48,905 bases of DNA from Halanaerobiales bacterium (GTDB lineage: Bacteria > Bacillota > Halanaerobiia > B1SED10-174): positions 1 to 48,905 of the forward strand of contig PUNT01000198.1 of the NCBI GenBank assembly GCA_003551905.1, given 5' to 3'. Made by a program: the position numbers and the translations under genes. This document shows positions 1-9,750 of the stretch, in pieces. Numbering within the stretch: position 1 is the stretch's first letter; every line of letters begins with the position of its first letter. Under the pieces are notes generated by a model, which saw only the letters and a program-made list of their open reading frames with translations, made no database searches and was not told the origin of the DNA.

Positions 1-929
1 AGAAAATGGCTGAATTTATCGGTACTGAAGACTCAATCGCTTATAGCAGTGGTTATGTTGCCAACCTATCAACAATTTCCACCCTTCTTGGGCGCCATGA
101 TGTTGTTATAACTGATAAATTGAGCCATGCCAGTATTATCGATGGATGCGCCTTGTCCCATGCCAAATTTCGCCGCTTCCGCCACAATGACATGGCTGAT
201 CTGGAAAACAATCTAAAACAAGCAGATAAAGAAGGACTAAAGGGGCGAATGGTAATTGTTGATGCAGTTTACAGCATGGATGGAGATGTCTGCCCCTTGC
301 CTGAACTGCTAGAAATTTGTAAAAAATACAATGCCCTTTTAGTCGTTGACGAAGCTCATTCCCTTGGGGTTATGGGTGAAAACGGACGGGGAGTAACAGA
401 ATACTTTGGAATCGATCCCAAAGAAATTGACCTCTACAGTGGCTCTCTAAGCAAAACTATCCCGGCAGTAGGTGGTTATGTGGCCGGCAAAAAGAATACC
501 ATCAATTTTTTGCGACATCATGCCCGGGGCTTTGTTTTCTCTGCTGCCCTACCTCCTGGAGCTGTTGCTGCTGCCATCAGGTCGCTAGAGATAATTGATG
601 AAGAGAGCTGGCGTCACAAAAAACTTAGAGAAAACATCAACTACTTTATAGATAATCTGAACAAGATGGGCTATGATACTCTTAACACCAAAAGCAGCGT
701 AATTCCTATAATAATTGGTGAAGAAGCTCCAACGCTAGAGCTAACCGCCCTCCTACACAGGGATGGCATGTTCGTATCACCTATCCTTCCCCCGGCTGTA
801 CCTGTAAAAACCTGTAGACTGCGGGCCAATGTAATTGCTTCTCATACTAAAGAAGATCTAGATTTTGCTCTTAACCTCCTTGAAAATCATGGCAAAGAAC
901 TGGGAATTATAGGAGGCCAGCAAATTTAA
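1..929 (+). CDS. PLP-dependent alpha-oxoamine synthase family enzyme (AONS/KBL/serine palmitoyltransferase-like), 5'-truncated by the window edge
   Basis: Motifs SSGYVAN, DKLSHASIIDG, VYSMDGD, VDEAHSLG and PLP-lysine SLSKT. The family N-terminus is missing, so the gene starts upstream of base 1. Confidence 0.88.
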   Translation, partial: KMAEFIGTEDSIAYSSGYVANLSTISTLLGRHDVVITDKLSHASIIDGCALSHAKFRRFRHNDMADLENNLKQADKEGLKGRMVIVDAVYSMDGDVCPLPELLEICKKYNALLVVDEAHSLGVMGENGRGVTEYFGIDPKEIDLYSGSLSKTIPAVGGYVAGKKNTINFLRHHARGFVFSAALPPGAVAAAIRSLEIIDEESWRHKKLRENINYFIDNLNKMGYDTLNTKSSVIPIIIGEEAPTLELTALLHRDGMFVSPILPPAVPVKTCRLRANVIASHTKEDLDFALNLLENHGKELGIIGGQQI

Positions 930-2149
930 TGAAGGCAATTCAATTTTTGGGGAGTATCCCTCGTTATGCCTTTTCAACAATTGCCGGTAAAATACATTCA
1001 GGAGCGTATTACAACACTTTTTCTAATCTACAGCTTATAGAGAAAGAACCTCCTGCTCTGCCCACTCCTCAATGGGTTAAAATAAAACCCTACTATAGCG
1101 GGATTTGCGGCAGTGACATAAATTTGATCACACTCAAAGACTCTCCCTATACTTCTCCATTTGTTTCATTCCCCTTTGTCATGGGTCACGAAAACTGTGG
1201 AACAATCGTGGAAACAGGCCCTGAGGTAGATAACCTAAAAACAGGAATGAGAGTGGTAGTTGATCCCATGCTTACTTGTAATGTAAGGGGTTTTGCAAAA
1301 GATCAATGCCCTCCTTGTAAAACTAACAATCAATCCCGTTGCCTTAATTTTAGGAAAGGATGCATCAGTCCTGGATTACTCATTGGAACCTGCAAAGACA
1401 CCGGTGGTAGCTGGAGTGACGCATTTGTTGCCCATAGTGAAAATGTATACCCCCTTCCAGAATCCATGGACTGGGAAACAGCAGCCCTAATAGACTCCTT
1501 TGCATCAGCAGTTCATCCCGTAGCCCGTCACTTCCCTGAGACACAGGATAGAGTTCTCATCATTGGCGGAGGACCTGTAGGGCTTTGTGTTTTGTTGGCC
1601 TTGCGATCTTTAGGCTTTGAGGGGAATGTTTCCATAATGGTCAAATATCCTTTTCAAGAAAAGATCGCCCAGGAAGCAGGAGCAGACAATATAATATATT
1701 TCAAAGGTAATTACAAAGAAACTCTGGCAAATATTTTTGATATGGAACTCCTTTCTCCTATGTTGGGTGAAAAAGTTCCCCTGGGAGGTCCTGAGAAAAT
1801 ATTTGATTGCATAGGCAGTTCTTCAAGTTTAAAGGATTCTTTATCCATGGCAGGTCCTGGTGGAAATGTGGTGCTGGTTGGCCTGGCTTCGTTTCCTAAA
1901 GGAATTGATTGGACACCAATTTGGCTCAAAGAACTCTCCATAAACGGTATCTTCACCTACAGCACAGAATTTACTGAAGAAGACCCTATTTCAACTTATG
2001 AGCTCTCCATAAGGCTGGCCACTGAAAACAATCTTCCCTTGTCCTCTCTCCTCACCCACACCTTCCCCCTGGAAGAATATAAGAAAGCCATGGAATATAA
2101 TTTGAGTAAAAGTAGACATGGCCTTATCAAAAGCGCTTTTAAGATTTAG
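929..2149 (+). CDS. Zn-dependent medium-chain dehydrogenase/reductase with N-terminal extension
   Basis: GICGSD and GHE catalytic Zn ligands, Cys cluster C-x9-C-x2-C-x7-C, Rossmann motif IGGGPVG. TAATG overlap with the upstream gene, preceded by AGGAGG. Confidence 0.9.
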   Translation: MKAIQFLGSIPRYAFSTIAGKIHSGAYYNTFSNLQLIEKEPPALPTPQWVKIKPYYSGICGSDINLITLKDSPYTSPFVSFPFVMGHENCGTIVETGPEVDNLKTGMRVVVDPMLTCNVRGFAKDQCPPCKTNNQSRCLNFRKGCISPGLLIGTCKDTGGSWSDAFVAHSENVYPLPESMDWETAALIDSFASAVHPVARHFPETQDRVLIIGGGPVGLCVLLALRSLGFEGNVSIMVKYPFQEKIAQEAGADNIIYFKGNYKETLANIFDMELLSPMLGEKVPLGGPEKIFDCIGSSSSLKDSLSMAGPGGNVVLVGLASFPKGIDWTPIWLKELSINGIFTYSTEFTEEDPISTYELSIRLATENNLPLSSLLTHTFPLEEYKKAMEYNLSKSRHGLIKSAFKI

Positions 2150-2192
2150 TTTTAAGGCTTCCTCTATAAAATATAATTTTATATACCAGATA

Positions 2193-2216
2193 AAAAAATC
2201 CCTGCAGGGATTTTTT
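2193..2216. terminator. Bidirectional intrinsic terminator
   Basis: Perfect palindrome AAAAAATCCC-TGCA-GGGATTTTTT between convergent genes. Confidence 0.8.
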
Positions 2217-2231
2217 ATTATGTAAAATATT

Positions 2232-2257
2232 AAGGGAGGTTTAAGTTCACCTCCCTT
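2232..2257. terminator. Second stem-loop downstream of the DPS-like gene
   Basis: Inverted repeat AAGGGAGGT...ACCTCCCTT without a clear U-tract. Confidence 0.45.
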
Positions 2258-2282
2258 GATGTCAAATTATTTTCTGGCCTAG

Positions 2283-2765
2283 TTAGTCTAATAGGCCTTC
2301 AAACTCATCCTCGTGTTCTACTTCTTCCTGCATTATATGTCTTATGACATGGAAAGTGATAGGATCTTTTATATCGGTTTTTAATTTGTCCAGTATTTTT
2401 TCATATGCAGCTATGGCACATTGCTCTGCCTCAATACCTGCTTTGAGAAAACCCTTGTAGTCTTTATTATTTTTAGGTAATTTTACCTTCTTACAACCAG
2501 CAGTGGATACAATCTTTTCAAAATCCCTTACTGGTTCACCACCCAGTTGTGTTATGCGTTCTGCCAGTTCTTCAGCATGTTCCAACTCTTCAGCAGCAAT
2601 TTTGTCGAATTTTTCTGCCACTATCTGACTATTAATTCCTTCAGCCAATTCTGCAGCTAATTTGTAATAATAGAATGCTATCCACTCATCTGCATAAGCG
2701 CTTTGCAGGTCAGCAATAAGCTCATCCACTTTGGGACCAACTAACTCTCGTCCTCTTTTTCCCAT
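2283..2765 (-). CDS. DPS-like (DPSL/thioferritin) ferritin-superfamily protein
   Basis: AYADEW...YY, EELEHAEELAERITQLGGEP and EEVEHE di-iron ligands, with the two Cys (AGC, EQCAI) typical of DPSL. Confidence 0.85.
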   Translation of the reverse strand: MGKRGRELVGPKVDELIADLQSAYADEWIAFYYYKLAAELAEGINSQIVAEKFDKIAAEELEHAEELAERITQLGGEPVRDFEKIVSTAGCKKVKLPKNNKDYKGFLKAGIEAEQCAIAAYEKILDKLKTDIKDPITFHVIRHIMQEEVEHEDEFEGLLD

Positions 2766-2787
2766 TTTAACAGCTCCCTCCTTTCGT

Positions 2788-3180
2788 TTATAATTTTACC
2801 TCCTGGGAATTTTCCCAGAGCCCATGGATATTACAATAACTCAATGCAAGCAAGGAACCGGGCCTACTAAATTTTACAACAGTTTCCACCAGGGGCTCAC
2901 AAGTTACTGCACCTTCACCAGAACCCTTAGCAGATTCACCATGTGCTTCAAGATTAAATGTAGCCAGGTGTACTGTAAATTTTTCTCCTTCAGGCTGGAA
3001 AAAGAGCTTCATCCAACGTATATGATGCTCAACTGTGTTGGGATGAGGGATCTCAGTACCAACAGCAAGCTGGATTTTAACTGGGTTCCCTGGTGAAATA
3101 TCACCTTTAATTTCAATTGTTGGCACATGTTTTTCCTTTTTCCAATCTGCTTTTTGCAGATAATCACCAATGGTGCTCAT
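2788..3180 (-). CDS. Class II superoxide reductase (neelaredoxin)
   Basis: EKHVP, PHPNTVEHHI and YCNIHGLWE. Start moved to ATG 3180, which follows an AGGGAGG RBS. Confidence 0.92.
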   Translation of the reverse strand: MSTIGDYLQKADWKKEKHVPTIEIKGDISPGNPVKIQLAVGTEIPHPNTVEHHIRWMKLFFQPEGEKFTVHLATFNLEAHGESAKGSGEGAVTCEPLVETVVKFSRPGSLLALSYCNIHGLWENSQEVKL

Positions 3181-3228
3181 ATAAAGAACCTCCCTTTTAT
3201 TGAACTTCTCTTCCACCTATTATCCTAT

Positions 3229-3253
3229 ATTCGAAAAAAATTGCTAAAAACCT
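3229..3253 (-). promoter_or_regulatory. SigH-like promoter (AGG-N18-GAAT)
   Basis: Minus strand AGAGGTTTTTAGCAATTTTTTTCGAAT upstream of the SOR gene; the same motif recurs upstream of other genes. Confidence 0.65.
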
Positions 3254-3257
3254 CTTA

Positions 3258-4208
3258 TCAGTAATAATTGTTTTTATCAGTACGGTATCGAATGTTCTCT
3301 AAAATCTCTTTTACTATCTCCAAGTCCTTCCCCACCCCTTTAAATCCTACAAAGTTTTCATCTCCCCACAAATTCTCTATTTTACTACCAACAACCCCTT
3401 CTTTCATTACTTTAAACAAATCTAAGCCTGTATCCTGCACGCGGGGGTCTTTTACCAGTCGAATGTTGACTTCATCTCCCTCCTGATAGGAAACCAGTGC
3501 AATGTCTGCCCCTAGTTCTAACAACATAATTGCCACATAATAAACATAATCCCTGTTTGTTTGTGTAAAAACTATCAGATAGTCGCCTAGTTTATATAAT
3601 TGAGCACTGATAGCTGCCTGAAGTTTTGTTTCTCTGGTAAGAAGGCGGCTCATACTTACAATTTCCAAAACATCTTTATAAGTAATTCCCCCCTGGAGCA
3701 AAATCTCCCCCAGGACAATAATTGTTGATCCGGAAGCCCGTTCCAGATAGATGGTATCACCCAGTATGCCAGCGGATAAAGCTAAAGCCATTTCCCTATT
3801 GATGGGCAGTCCCATTTTCTTTAAAATCCTGTATACCAGTTGACAGGTTGAATCTGTTTCTTCATGCAAATATGCTTCTGCTCCTTGCAGAAGTTTATTG
3901 TCTCTATGATGATCGATAACAGCATAAGATTCTAGAGGAATATCCGGAAGCTGCTGCTCATCAGCTGTATCCACAATTATTATCCTCTCCCCTTCCTCTA
4001 TAACCGGAGAAAAATATACATTCATCTTAAGCTTTTTTATAAGTTCTCTCCCATGCTCTGCAACATCTCCGGGGACACCAATTCTGCCCTCTAGAGCAAT
4101 ACTCAATGCATAGGCAGCCCCCAAAGCATCCGCATCTGCATCCTCATGAGTAACCATCAAGGTGTTTTCCCCCTGGCATTTTTTCAAGTATTCTATAATC
4201 TCTTCCAA
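3258..4208 (-). CDS. DHH-family phosphoesterase (NrnA/exopolyphosphatase-related)
   Basis: Motifs THEDADADALGA, IVDTA, VIDHH and ILGDT. Confidence 0.85.
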   Translation of the reverse strand: MEEIIEYLKKCQGENTLMVTHEDADADALGAAYALSIALEGRIGVPGDVAEHGRELIKKLKMNVYFSPVIEEGERIIIVDTADEQQLPDIPLESYAVIDHHRDNKLLQGAEAYLHEETDSTCQLVYRILKKMGLPINREMALALSAGILGDTIYLERASGSTIIVLGEILLQGGITYKDVLEIVSMSRLLTRETKLQAAISAQLYKLGDYLIVFTQTNRDYVYYVAIMLLELGADIALVSYQEGDEVNIRLVKDPRVQDTGLDLFKVMKEGVVGSKIENLWGDENFVGFKGVGKDLEIVKEILENIRYRTDKNNYY

Positions 4209-4267
4209 AACACCATCACATCCTTTTCACTACTATATTCTCTCCAATATCAACAAAAAAGGAGTAG

Positions 4268-4292
4268 AGGGTTTCAAGTGTATTTAGAGAAT
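4268..4292 (+). promoter_or_regulatory. SigH-like promoter (AGG-N18-GAAT) for polX
   Basis: AGGGTTTCAAGTGTATTTAGAGAAT, followed by a GAGGTG RBS and ATG 4313. Confidence 0.6.
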
Positions 4293-4312
4293 TTCTTTAT
4301 TGAGGTGGTCTT

Positions 4313-6037
4313 ATGGATAAAAAGACTGTAACAAAAATGCTCCGTGAAACTGGTTTGTTGATGGAACTTGCTGATAACAATGTATATAAAGCAAGAGCAT
4401 ATAGCAATGCTGCTCGGGTCCTGGAGGATTCTGAGGAAGATTTAGAAACCTTGATTGCAGAAAATCGCTTGCAGGGACTGCCCGGCATAGGTAAAGCATT
4501 AAATGAAAAGATTATTGAGATATATAAAACAGAGACCCTGCATGTCCTGGAGGAGCTTAAAGAACAGATACCTGAAGGTCTCCTGGACATGCTACAGATA
4601 CCCGGCCTTGGTCCTAAAAAGATAAAAACACTGTATGAGAATCTTGGCATTAGCAGTATTGGAGAACTTGAATATGCCTGCGAAGAAAACAGGCTCCTAG
4701 AATTACCGAAATTTGGTCCCAAAATTCAAGAAAAAATTCTCAAAGGTATACATGCTTACCGGCAGTATAAAAAACAGTTCCTGTATTCTGAAGCTTTATC
4801 AATAGCAAAAATATTTCTAGAAGATCTCATGCAGTCAAAACTAATTTCTCAGGGAATTATTACCGGCTCTCTTCGCCGTTGTCAGGGCCTGGTAAGGGAC
4901 ATAGACCTCTTGCTCTGCGGCCCGGTTATTAGTGAATTACGGGCTTACTGTTCCCGTTTTTCTTCACTAAAACACGTTCGACTTAAAGAGCCCAACACCC
5001 TCAATGCCTTTACTGAAAATGATGTCCCGGTGGATATTCATGTGGTAAATAAAGATGTCTGGGGAACATACACTGTCTTTACTACAGGCAGCATTGAACA
5101 TGTAAACAAATTGCAAAAATTATGTGCTAATATTCCAGAAAAAGAACTTATAGAAGTCTGCCCTGACACATATCTACCAAAAGCTGACTGTGAAGAAAAG
5201 ATCTATAAAATCATGGGATTACCTTTTATCCCCCCGGAAATGAGAGAAGGAGTTTTTGAGATAGAATTGGCTGAAAAAGAAAAGTTGCCAGAAAAACTCA
5301 TCACTCTCGAAGATTTAGCAGGAATTCTCCATGTTCACACCACTTTTAGCGATGGGGCTGCAACTCTGGAACAAGTAGTAGGATATGCTTATAATGCTGG
5401 ACACAGCTACCTGGGAATAACTGATCACAGCAAATCTGCTTTTTATGCAGGCGGCTTAAAAGAAAAAGACTTAAAGAGACAAAGCAAGGCCATAAAAAAG
5501 TTTAACAGTCAATACCAGGACTTTACAATATTTCATAGCGTTGAATCTGATATTCTTCCGGATGGAAATCTGGACTACCCTGATGATATTTTGCAGGAAC
5601 TCGATTTTGTCTTGGCTTCAGTTCACTCTCATTTTAAAATGTCCAAACAGGAAATGACTAAAAGAATCATCAAAGCCATCGCCCATCCTGCTGTGCGAAT
5701 TCTTGGCCACCCTACAGGACGCTTGCTCCTGGCCAGAGAGCCTTATGAAGTTGATCTGAACGAGGTTATTAAAGCTGCCCTTTATTATAATGTAGCAATT
5801 GAAATTAATGCCAACCCTCATAGGCTGGACCTCGACTGGCAAGAGGCTAAAAGAGCAGCCAGTGCAGGGGTGCTTTTGGTAATCAATCCAGATGCACACC
5901 GCCTTACCGGTTTCCATGACACCATAAATGGCATTAACGTTGCCCGGAAAGCAGGACTCTCAGCAGAAAATATACTCAACACCAGGGAAACCCTTGAAGT
6001 ACAATCATTTTTCGATAATGGCAAGAATCTCCAATAA
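4313..6037 (+). CDS. polX: DNA polymerase X with PHP (3'-5' exonuclease/phosphoesterase) domain
   Basis: KARAYSNAA, HhH motifs LPGIGK and IPGLGPKK, GSLRR...RDID...VDI catalytic triad, and PHP motifs HVHTTFSDG, TDHS, GHPTGR, PDAH. Confidence 0.95.
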   Translation: MDKKTVTKMLRETGLLMELADNNVYKARAYSNAARVLEDSEEDLETLIAENRLQGLPGIGKALNEKIIEIYKTETLHVLEELKEQIPEGLLDMLQIPGLGPKKIKTLYENLGISSIGELEYACEENRLLELPKFGPKIQEKILKGIHAYRQYKKQFLYSEALSIAKIFLEDLMQSKLISQGIITGSLRRCQGLVRDIDLLLCGPVISELRAYCSRFSSLKHVRLKEPNTLNAFTENDVPVDIHVVNKDVWGTYTVFTTGSIEHVNKLQKLCANIPEKELIEVCPDTYLPKADCEEKIYKIMGLPFIPPEMREGVFEIELAEKEKLPEKLITLEDLAGILHVHTTFSDGAATLEQVVGYAYNAGHSYLGITDHSKSAFYAGGLKEKDLKRQSKAIKKFNSQYQDFTIFHSVESDILPDGNLDYPDDILQELDFVLASVHSHFKMSKQEMTKRIIKAIAHPAVRILGHPTGRLLLAREPYEVDLNEVIKAALYYNVAIEINANPHRLDLDWQEAKRAASAGVLLVINPDAHRLTGFHDTINGINVARKAGLSAENILNTRETLEVQSFFDNGKNLQ

Positions 6038-6667
6038 CTCTTCGATAGAATCTATCAGATAATCAGCACCTGTAAGTTCCTCAGGCTTACCATAACCATA
6101 TAAACACCCAATAGTTATAAGACCATTCCCTTTTCCTGCCTCTACATCAGAAGAGCGATCTCCCACCATAGCAGTAATACTGGGAAATTCGCTGGTGATA
6201 ATTCTCAATAATGCTACTTTGTTTTCCGTGCTATATTCACCAGCGCTGTAAACTTTTTCGAATAAGCTGTTGAGTTTAAAAACCTCTATAACCTTCTTAA
6301 CGTATAACTCTTCTCCATTGGAGGCAATAAAGAGGTCATGACCATTATTTTTTAATTCCTCAAGTGTTACCTCTACACCTTGATAAAGGGTCCCCCGTCC
6401 CTCCTTTAGATATCTGATATCAGTTTTACTCAAAATATCCGCTGCTTTCCCTTTGGTATATGAATCTGCACCAGGAAAAACTTTCTCCCAAATTTCCGGC
6501 ATTGGTCTTCCCAGATAATCTTTACACTCCTTCCTGGTGGGAAGTTCTCTTTTATACAGGCCCAACCTGTTCATCTCAGCTACCATCTCCCGGTAGGCTA
6601 CTACAGCAAGTTCTTCAGCTTTAAAAATAGTACCATCCAGATCAAAAACAATGCCAGGTTTAGTCAC
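6005..6667 (-). CDS. HAD-superfamily hydrolase (Gph-like phosphatase)
   Basis: FDLDGT, ASNG, K and MVGDRSSD motifs. The 3' end overlaps polX convergently by 33 nt. Confidence 0.9.
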   Translation of the reverse strand: MTKPGIVFDLDGTIFKAEELAVVAYREMVAEMNRLGLYKRELPTRKECKDYLGRPMPEIWEKVFPGADSYTKGKAADILSKTDIRYLKEGRGTLYQGVEVTLEELKNNGHDLFIASNGEELYVKKVIEVFKLNSLFEKVYSAGEYSTENKVALLRIITSEFPSITAMVGDRSSDVEAGKGNGLITIGCLYGYGKPEELTGADYLIDSIEELLEILAIIEK

Positions 6668-6689
6668 ATCTACTCCTCCTTGTAGTTTA

Positions 6690-8480
6690 TCAGGGCCAGA
6701 GAGGCCATACCCTCATTATCAGGGGAATCACAACCAGGACAACTATTACTGTAAGTGGTAAGCCTAAACGCCAGTAATCAGTAAACTTATACCCACCTGG
6801 ACCCATTACTAGAATGTTGGACTGATGACCAATTGGTGTCAAAAAAGAACAGGAAGCCCCAATAGCAACTCCCATGAGAAAAGGATCTACTGATGCTCCC
6901 AGTCCATAGGCAAGATTTATTGCAACTGGAGCCATCAGTACAGCAGCAGCTGCATTGTTGACAATATTTGAGAGCAAGATTGTTCCAACAATTAACGTCA
7001 GTAAGGTAATTGCAGGAGGGAAAATATCAGCAACCTTTAGCATCTGCTGGGCAAGAAGGCCAGCTCCTCCTGTTGTTTCAAGAGCTTTCCCCACAGGTAT
7101 CATGGCAGCGATGAATATTATAATAGACCAATCTATGCTCTCATAAGCCTGTCTCAACTGTATAATGCCGGCAAATACCATCAACAGAGCAACTGCTACT
7201 ACAGCCAGCTGTATGGAAACATAGCCAAACGCAGTTGCAATTATTGCCCCGGCAAAAATCAATATGGGTAGAGCTACTCTCTTTCTCTGCCCCAGCCTAA
7301 TATCCCTTTCTGCTAAGGGCAAACAACCTAGATTTGCCAGAGTTTCCTGCATGTTCTCTCGCCGCCCTTGCACCAGTAAAATATCTCCTGCTTTAAACCG
7401 TATATCACCAAGGCGTTTCCTCAAACGAGCTCCTTCTCGCGCAACAGCCAGAAGGTTTATGCCGTATCGCCAGCGTAGATTTATACTTCTTGCTGTCCTG
7501 CCAGTAAGAAATGAAGCAGGCATAATAACCACCTCTGAAAACCCCATTTCTTCCTGGCTCATTGATTCTGAACCAAATTTTTTGCTTCCTACCAGTTCAA
7601 AACCCATTGTATCAACAAGCTCTTGCATTTCTGAAGGGTGATCTGTTTCAACAATGAGAATGTCTTCTTCCTTGAGCATCTCATGCCCTGATGGGGCAAT
7701 GATGCTTTCATCTCCCCGGATTATGGCGACCACCACTACATCCGTTTTTGTAGAAAATACCATCTCCCTTAATTGCTGACCTGATAGTTTTGATCCAGAC
7801 GGTATTCTCAGTTCAGTTATATAATCCTGTATATGAAAAACTTCAGATAGATCCTTCTCCTCTTTACGGTAGGGAATAAACCGCCAGCCTAATATCGATA
7901 TAAAAACAACCCCTGCAATTACAATACCCAACCCCACAGGCAAAAAATCAAACATCCCAAATGGCTCAAAACCTGCCTCACCTCTGATTGAAGCTATTAT
8001 AATATTTGGTGGTGTTCCAATAGCTGTAAGCATGCCCCCCAGCAGAGAACCAAAAGCAATAGGCATCAGGTAAAAAGAAGCAGGAGAGTTATTGCGCCGG
8101 GCTACCCTGAGAGCTACTGGCATGATGAATGCTAAGGCTCCCACATTATTCATAAAGCCAGATAAAACAGCAACAATAGCAGTCATAGCTGATACTTGAA
8201 CAAACACACTGCTACCCAGTTTAGCCACCCAGTTGGCTAGAATGTCAACAACCCCGGAATAAAACAGACCACGGCTTATTATAAGAACAGCAGCAACCGT
8301 TATTACCGCAGGGTGACCAAAACCAGAAAAGGCATCCTGCCCCGGAACTACTCCTGTTAATACCAAAACAACTAATGCTGTAAGGGCAATAAGATCATAT
8401 CGCCAGCGCTCTGTAAGAAAAAGAAAGAGTGAAACAACTATAACTGTAAATAATATAATCATCTGTGTCATTTTTTTCAC
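6690..8480 (-). CDS. SLC13/DASS-family permease with two TrkA-C domains
   Basis: SGFMNNVG, TAIGTPPN, SNIVNNAA and LTPIGHQSN...GPGGYKF, with central RCK_C repeats. Confidence 0.9.
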   Translation of the reverse strand: MKKMTQMIILFTVIVVSLFLFLTERWRYDLIALTALVVLVLTGVVPGQDAFSGFGHPAVITVAAVLIISRGLFYSGVVDILANWVAKLGSSVFVQVSAMTAIVAVLSGFMNNVGALAFIMPVALRVARRNNSPASFYLMPIAFGSLLGGMLTAIGTPPNIIIASIRGEAGFEPFGMFDFLPVGLGIVIAGVVFISILGWRFIPYRKEEKDLSEVFHIQDYITELRIPSGSKLSGQQLREMVFSTKTDVVVVAIIRGDESIIAPSGHEMLKEEDILIVETDHPSEMQELVDTMGFELVGSKKFGSESMSQEEMGFSEVVIMPASFLTGRTARSINLRWRYGINLLAVAREGARLRKRLGDIRFKAGDILLVQGRRENMQETLANLGCLPLAERDIRLGQRKRVALPILIFAGAIIATAFGYVSIQLAVVAVALLMVFAGIIQLRQAYESIDWSIIIFIAAMIPVGKALETTGGAGLLAQQMLKVADIFPPAITLLTLIVGTILLSNIVNNAAAAVLMAPVAINLAYGLGASVDPFLMGVAIGASCSFLTPIGHQSNILVMGPGGYKFTDYWRLGLPLTVIVVLVVIPLIMRVWPLWP

Positions 8481-8562
8481 ACTCCCTATATTTATTTCAA
8501 CATCAACAGGTACTCTTCCTTTTCCCCTTATTCCATTATTACTTCCAAGGAGGTCTCAAGCT

Positions 8563-9750
8563 ATGGAGAAAATACTGGCCCTAACCAGTTCAGCCCAGGA
8601 CTGGTTGATTTCACCTGGTCATCCAGAAAACAAAGAAAGAATATTACTAATGCAGGATATTCTGTTTTCCCATAACATATCCACAAAGGAACCTGCTCCC
8701 CTGTCCAAAGAAGATCTAAGCAAAACTCATGTAGTTAACTGTCATCCATCTTCAATAACAGCAGATCACCTTAAAGCAGCAGGAGCTGTTTATGAAGGAT
8801 TTTCTGCTGTTTTAGAAGGTCAGGTAGAAAAAGCAATAATCTGTGCCCGCCCACCAGGGCATCATGCCCCGCGAATTATCCATGGAATAAGGGGTTTCTG
8901 CTCAACTAATGGAGATAGCATTGCCCTGGAAAAAATACTGAGGGAAAACAGAGGTTTACGCCTGGCTATTATTGATACTGATGCCCATCATGCTGATGGC
9001 ACTGAGGATATTTTTTTCTATAACCCTGATGTCCTCCACATTTCTATCCATCAGGATGGAAGAACCATTTTCCCAGGAAGTGGTTTTCCGGAAACAATTG
9101 GAGGACCAGTTAATCCTGGCAATATCATGAATATACCCCTGCCACCAGGAGCAGGGGATAGTTATCTAGTAGGAGCTATAAAAAAACTTGTTATTCCCAC
9201 CATCCAAAAATTCCAACCAGATTACATAATTCATACCCTAGGATTCGATGGTCACATCTCTGATCCTCTTTCCCACCTTGAATATTCCTCACAGGTTTTT
9301 GCTGACCTAACTCACCTTCTGAATCCTCATCTGACAATAATTCAGGGGGGGTATGACCTGAAGAAAGGCATCAAGGAAGGTTTTACTGAAACTTTAAAAG
9401 CATTAATGGGAGAGAATGGAATCAGGCAGATCTCAGAAGACAAAGATATTATTCATTATCTTGATAGGATAGCAAGTATAATGGAAAATCAGCAGAATCA
9501 ACCGACAAAAAACAACTGGATAAGACAAAATAGATTTTTTTATGATGAAGAATACATCATGGAAAACCGCCAAGAAACCTACTCATTCTGCAGCAATTGC
9601 CTGGGCTTTCCGGTAATCAAGAGCAGTTGTGATAAAATTATGAGGGAAGAAGAAATTACATTGATCTTACTGCATCCTGACACCTGTCAAGAATGTCGTG
9701 ATAGAGCCAAAGAGATGCAAAGAGAAAAAGCATACATCCTCAACATCTAA
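8563..9750 (+). CDS. Histone deacetylase/AcuC-family Zn deacylase with Cys-rich C-terminal extension
   Basis: HPE, RPPGHH, GFC, DTDAHHADG, HQDGRTIFPGSG, GFDGH and QGGY; C-terminal CSNC...CQEC; AAGGAGG RBS. Confidence 0.88.
   Translation: MEKILALTSSAQDWLISPGHPENKERILLMQDILFSHNISTKEPAPLSKEDLSKTHVVNCHPSSITADHLKAAGAVYEGFSAVLEGQVEKAIICARPPGHHAPRIIHGIRGFCSTNGDSIALEKILRENRGLRLAIIDTDAHHADGTEDIFFYNPDVLHISIHQDGRTIFPGSGFPETIGGPVNPGNIMNIPLPPGAGDSYLVGAIKKLVIPTIQKFQPDYIIHTLGFDGHISDPLSHLEYSSQVFADLTHLLNPHLTIIQGGYDLKKGIKEGFTETLKALMGENGIRQISEDKDIIHYLDRIASIMENQQNQPTKNNWIRQNRFFYDEEYIMENRQETYSFCSNCLGFPVIKSSCDKIMREEEITLILLHPDTCQECRDRAKEMQREKAYILNI

Noticed and set aside
4313-6037. Possibly inactivated (non-canonical) PolX
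   Set aside because: The catalytic D-x-D, the third Asp and GSLRR are present, so it looks canonical.
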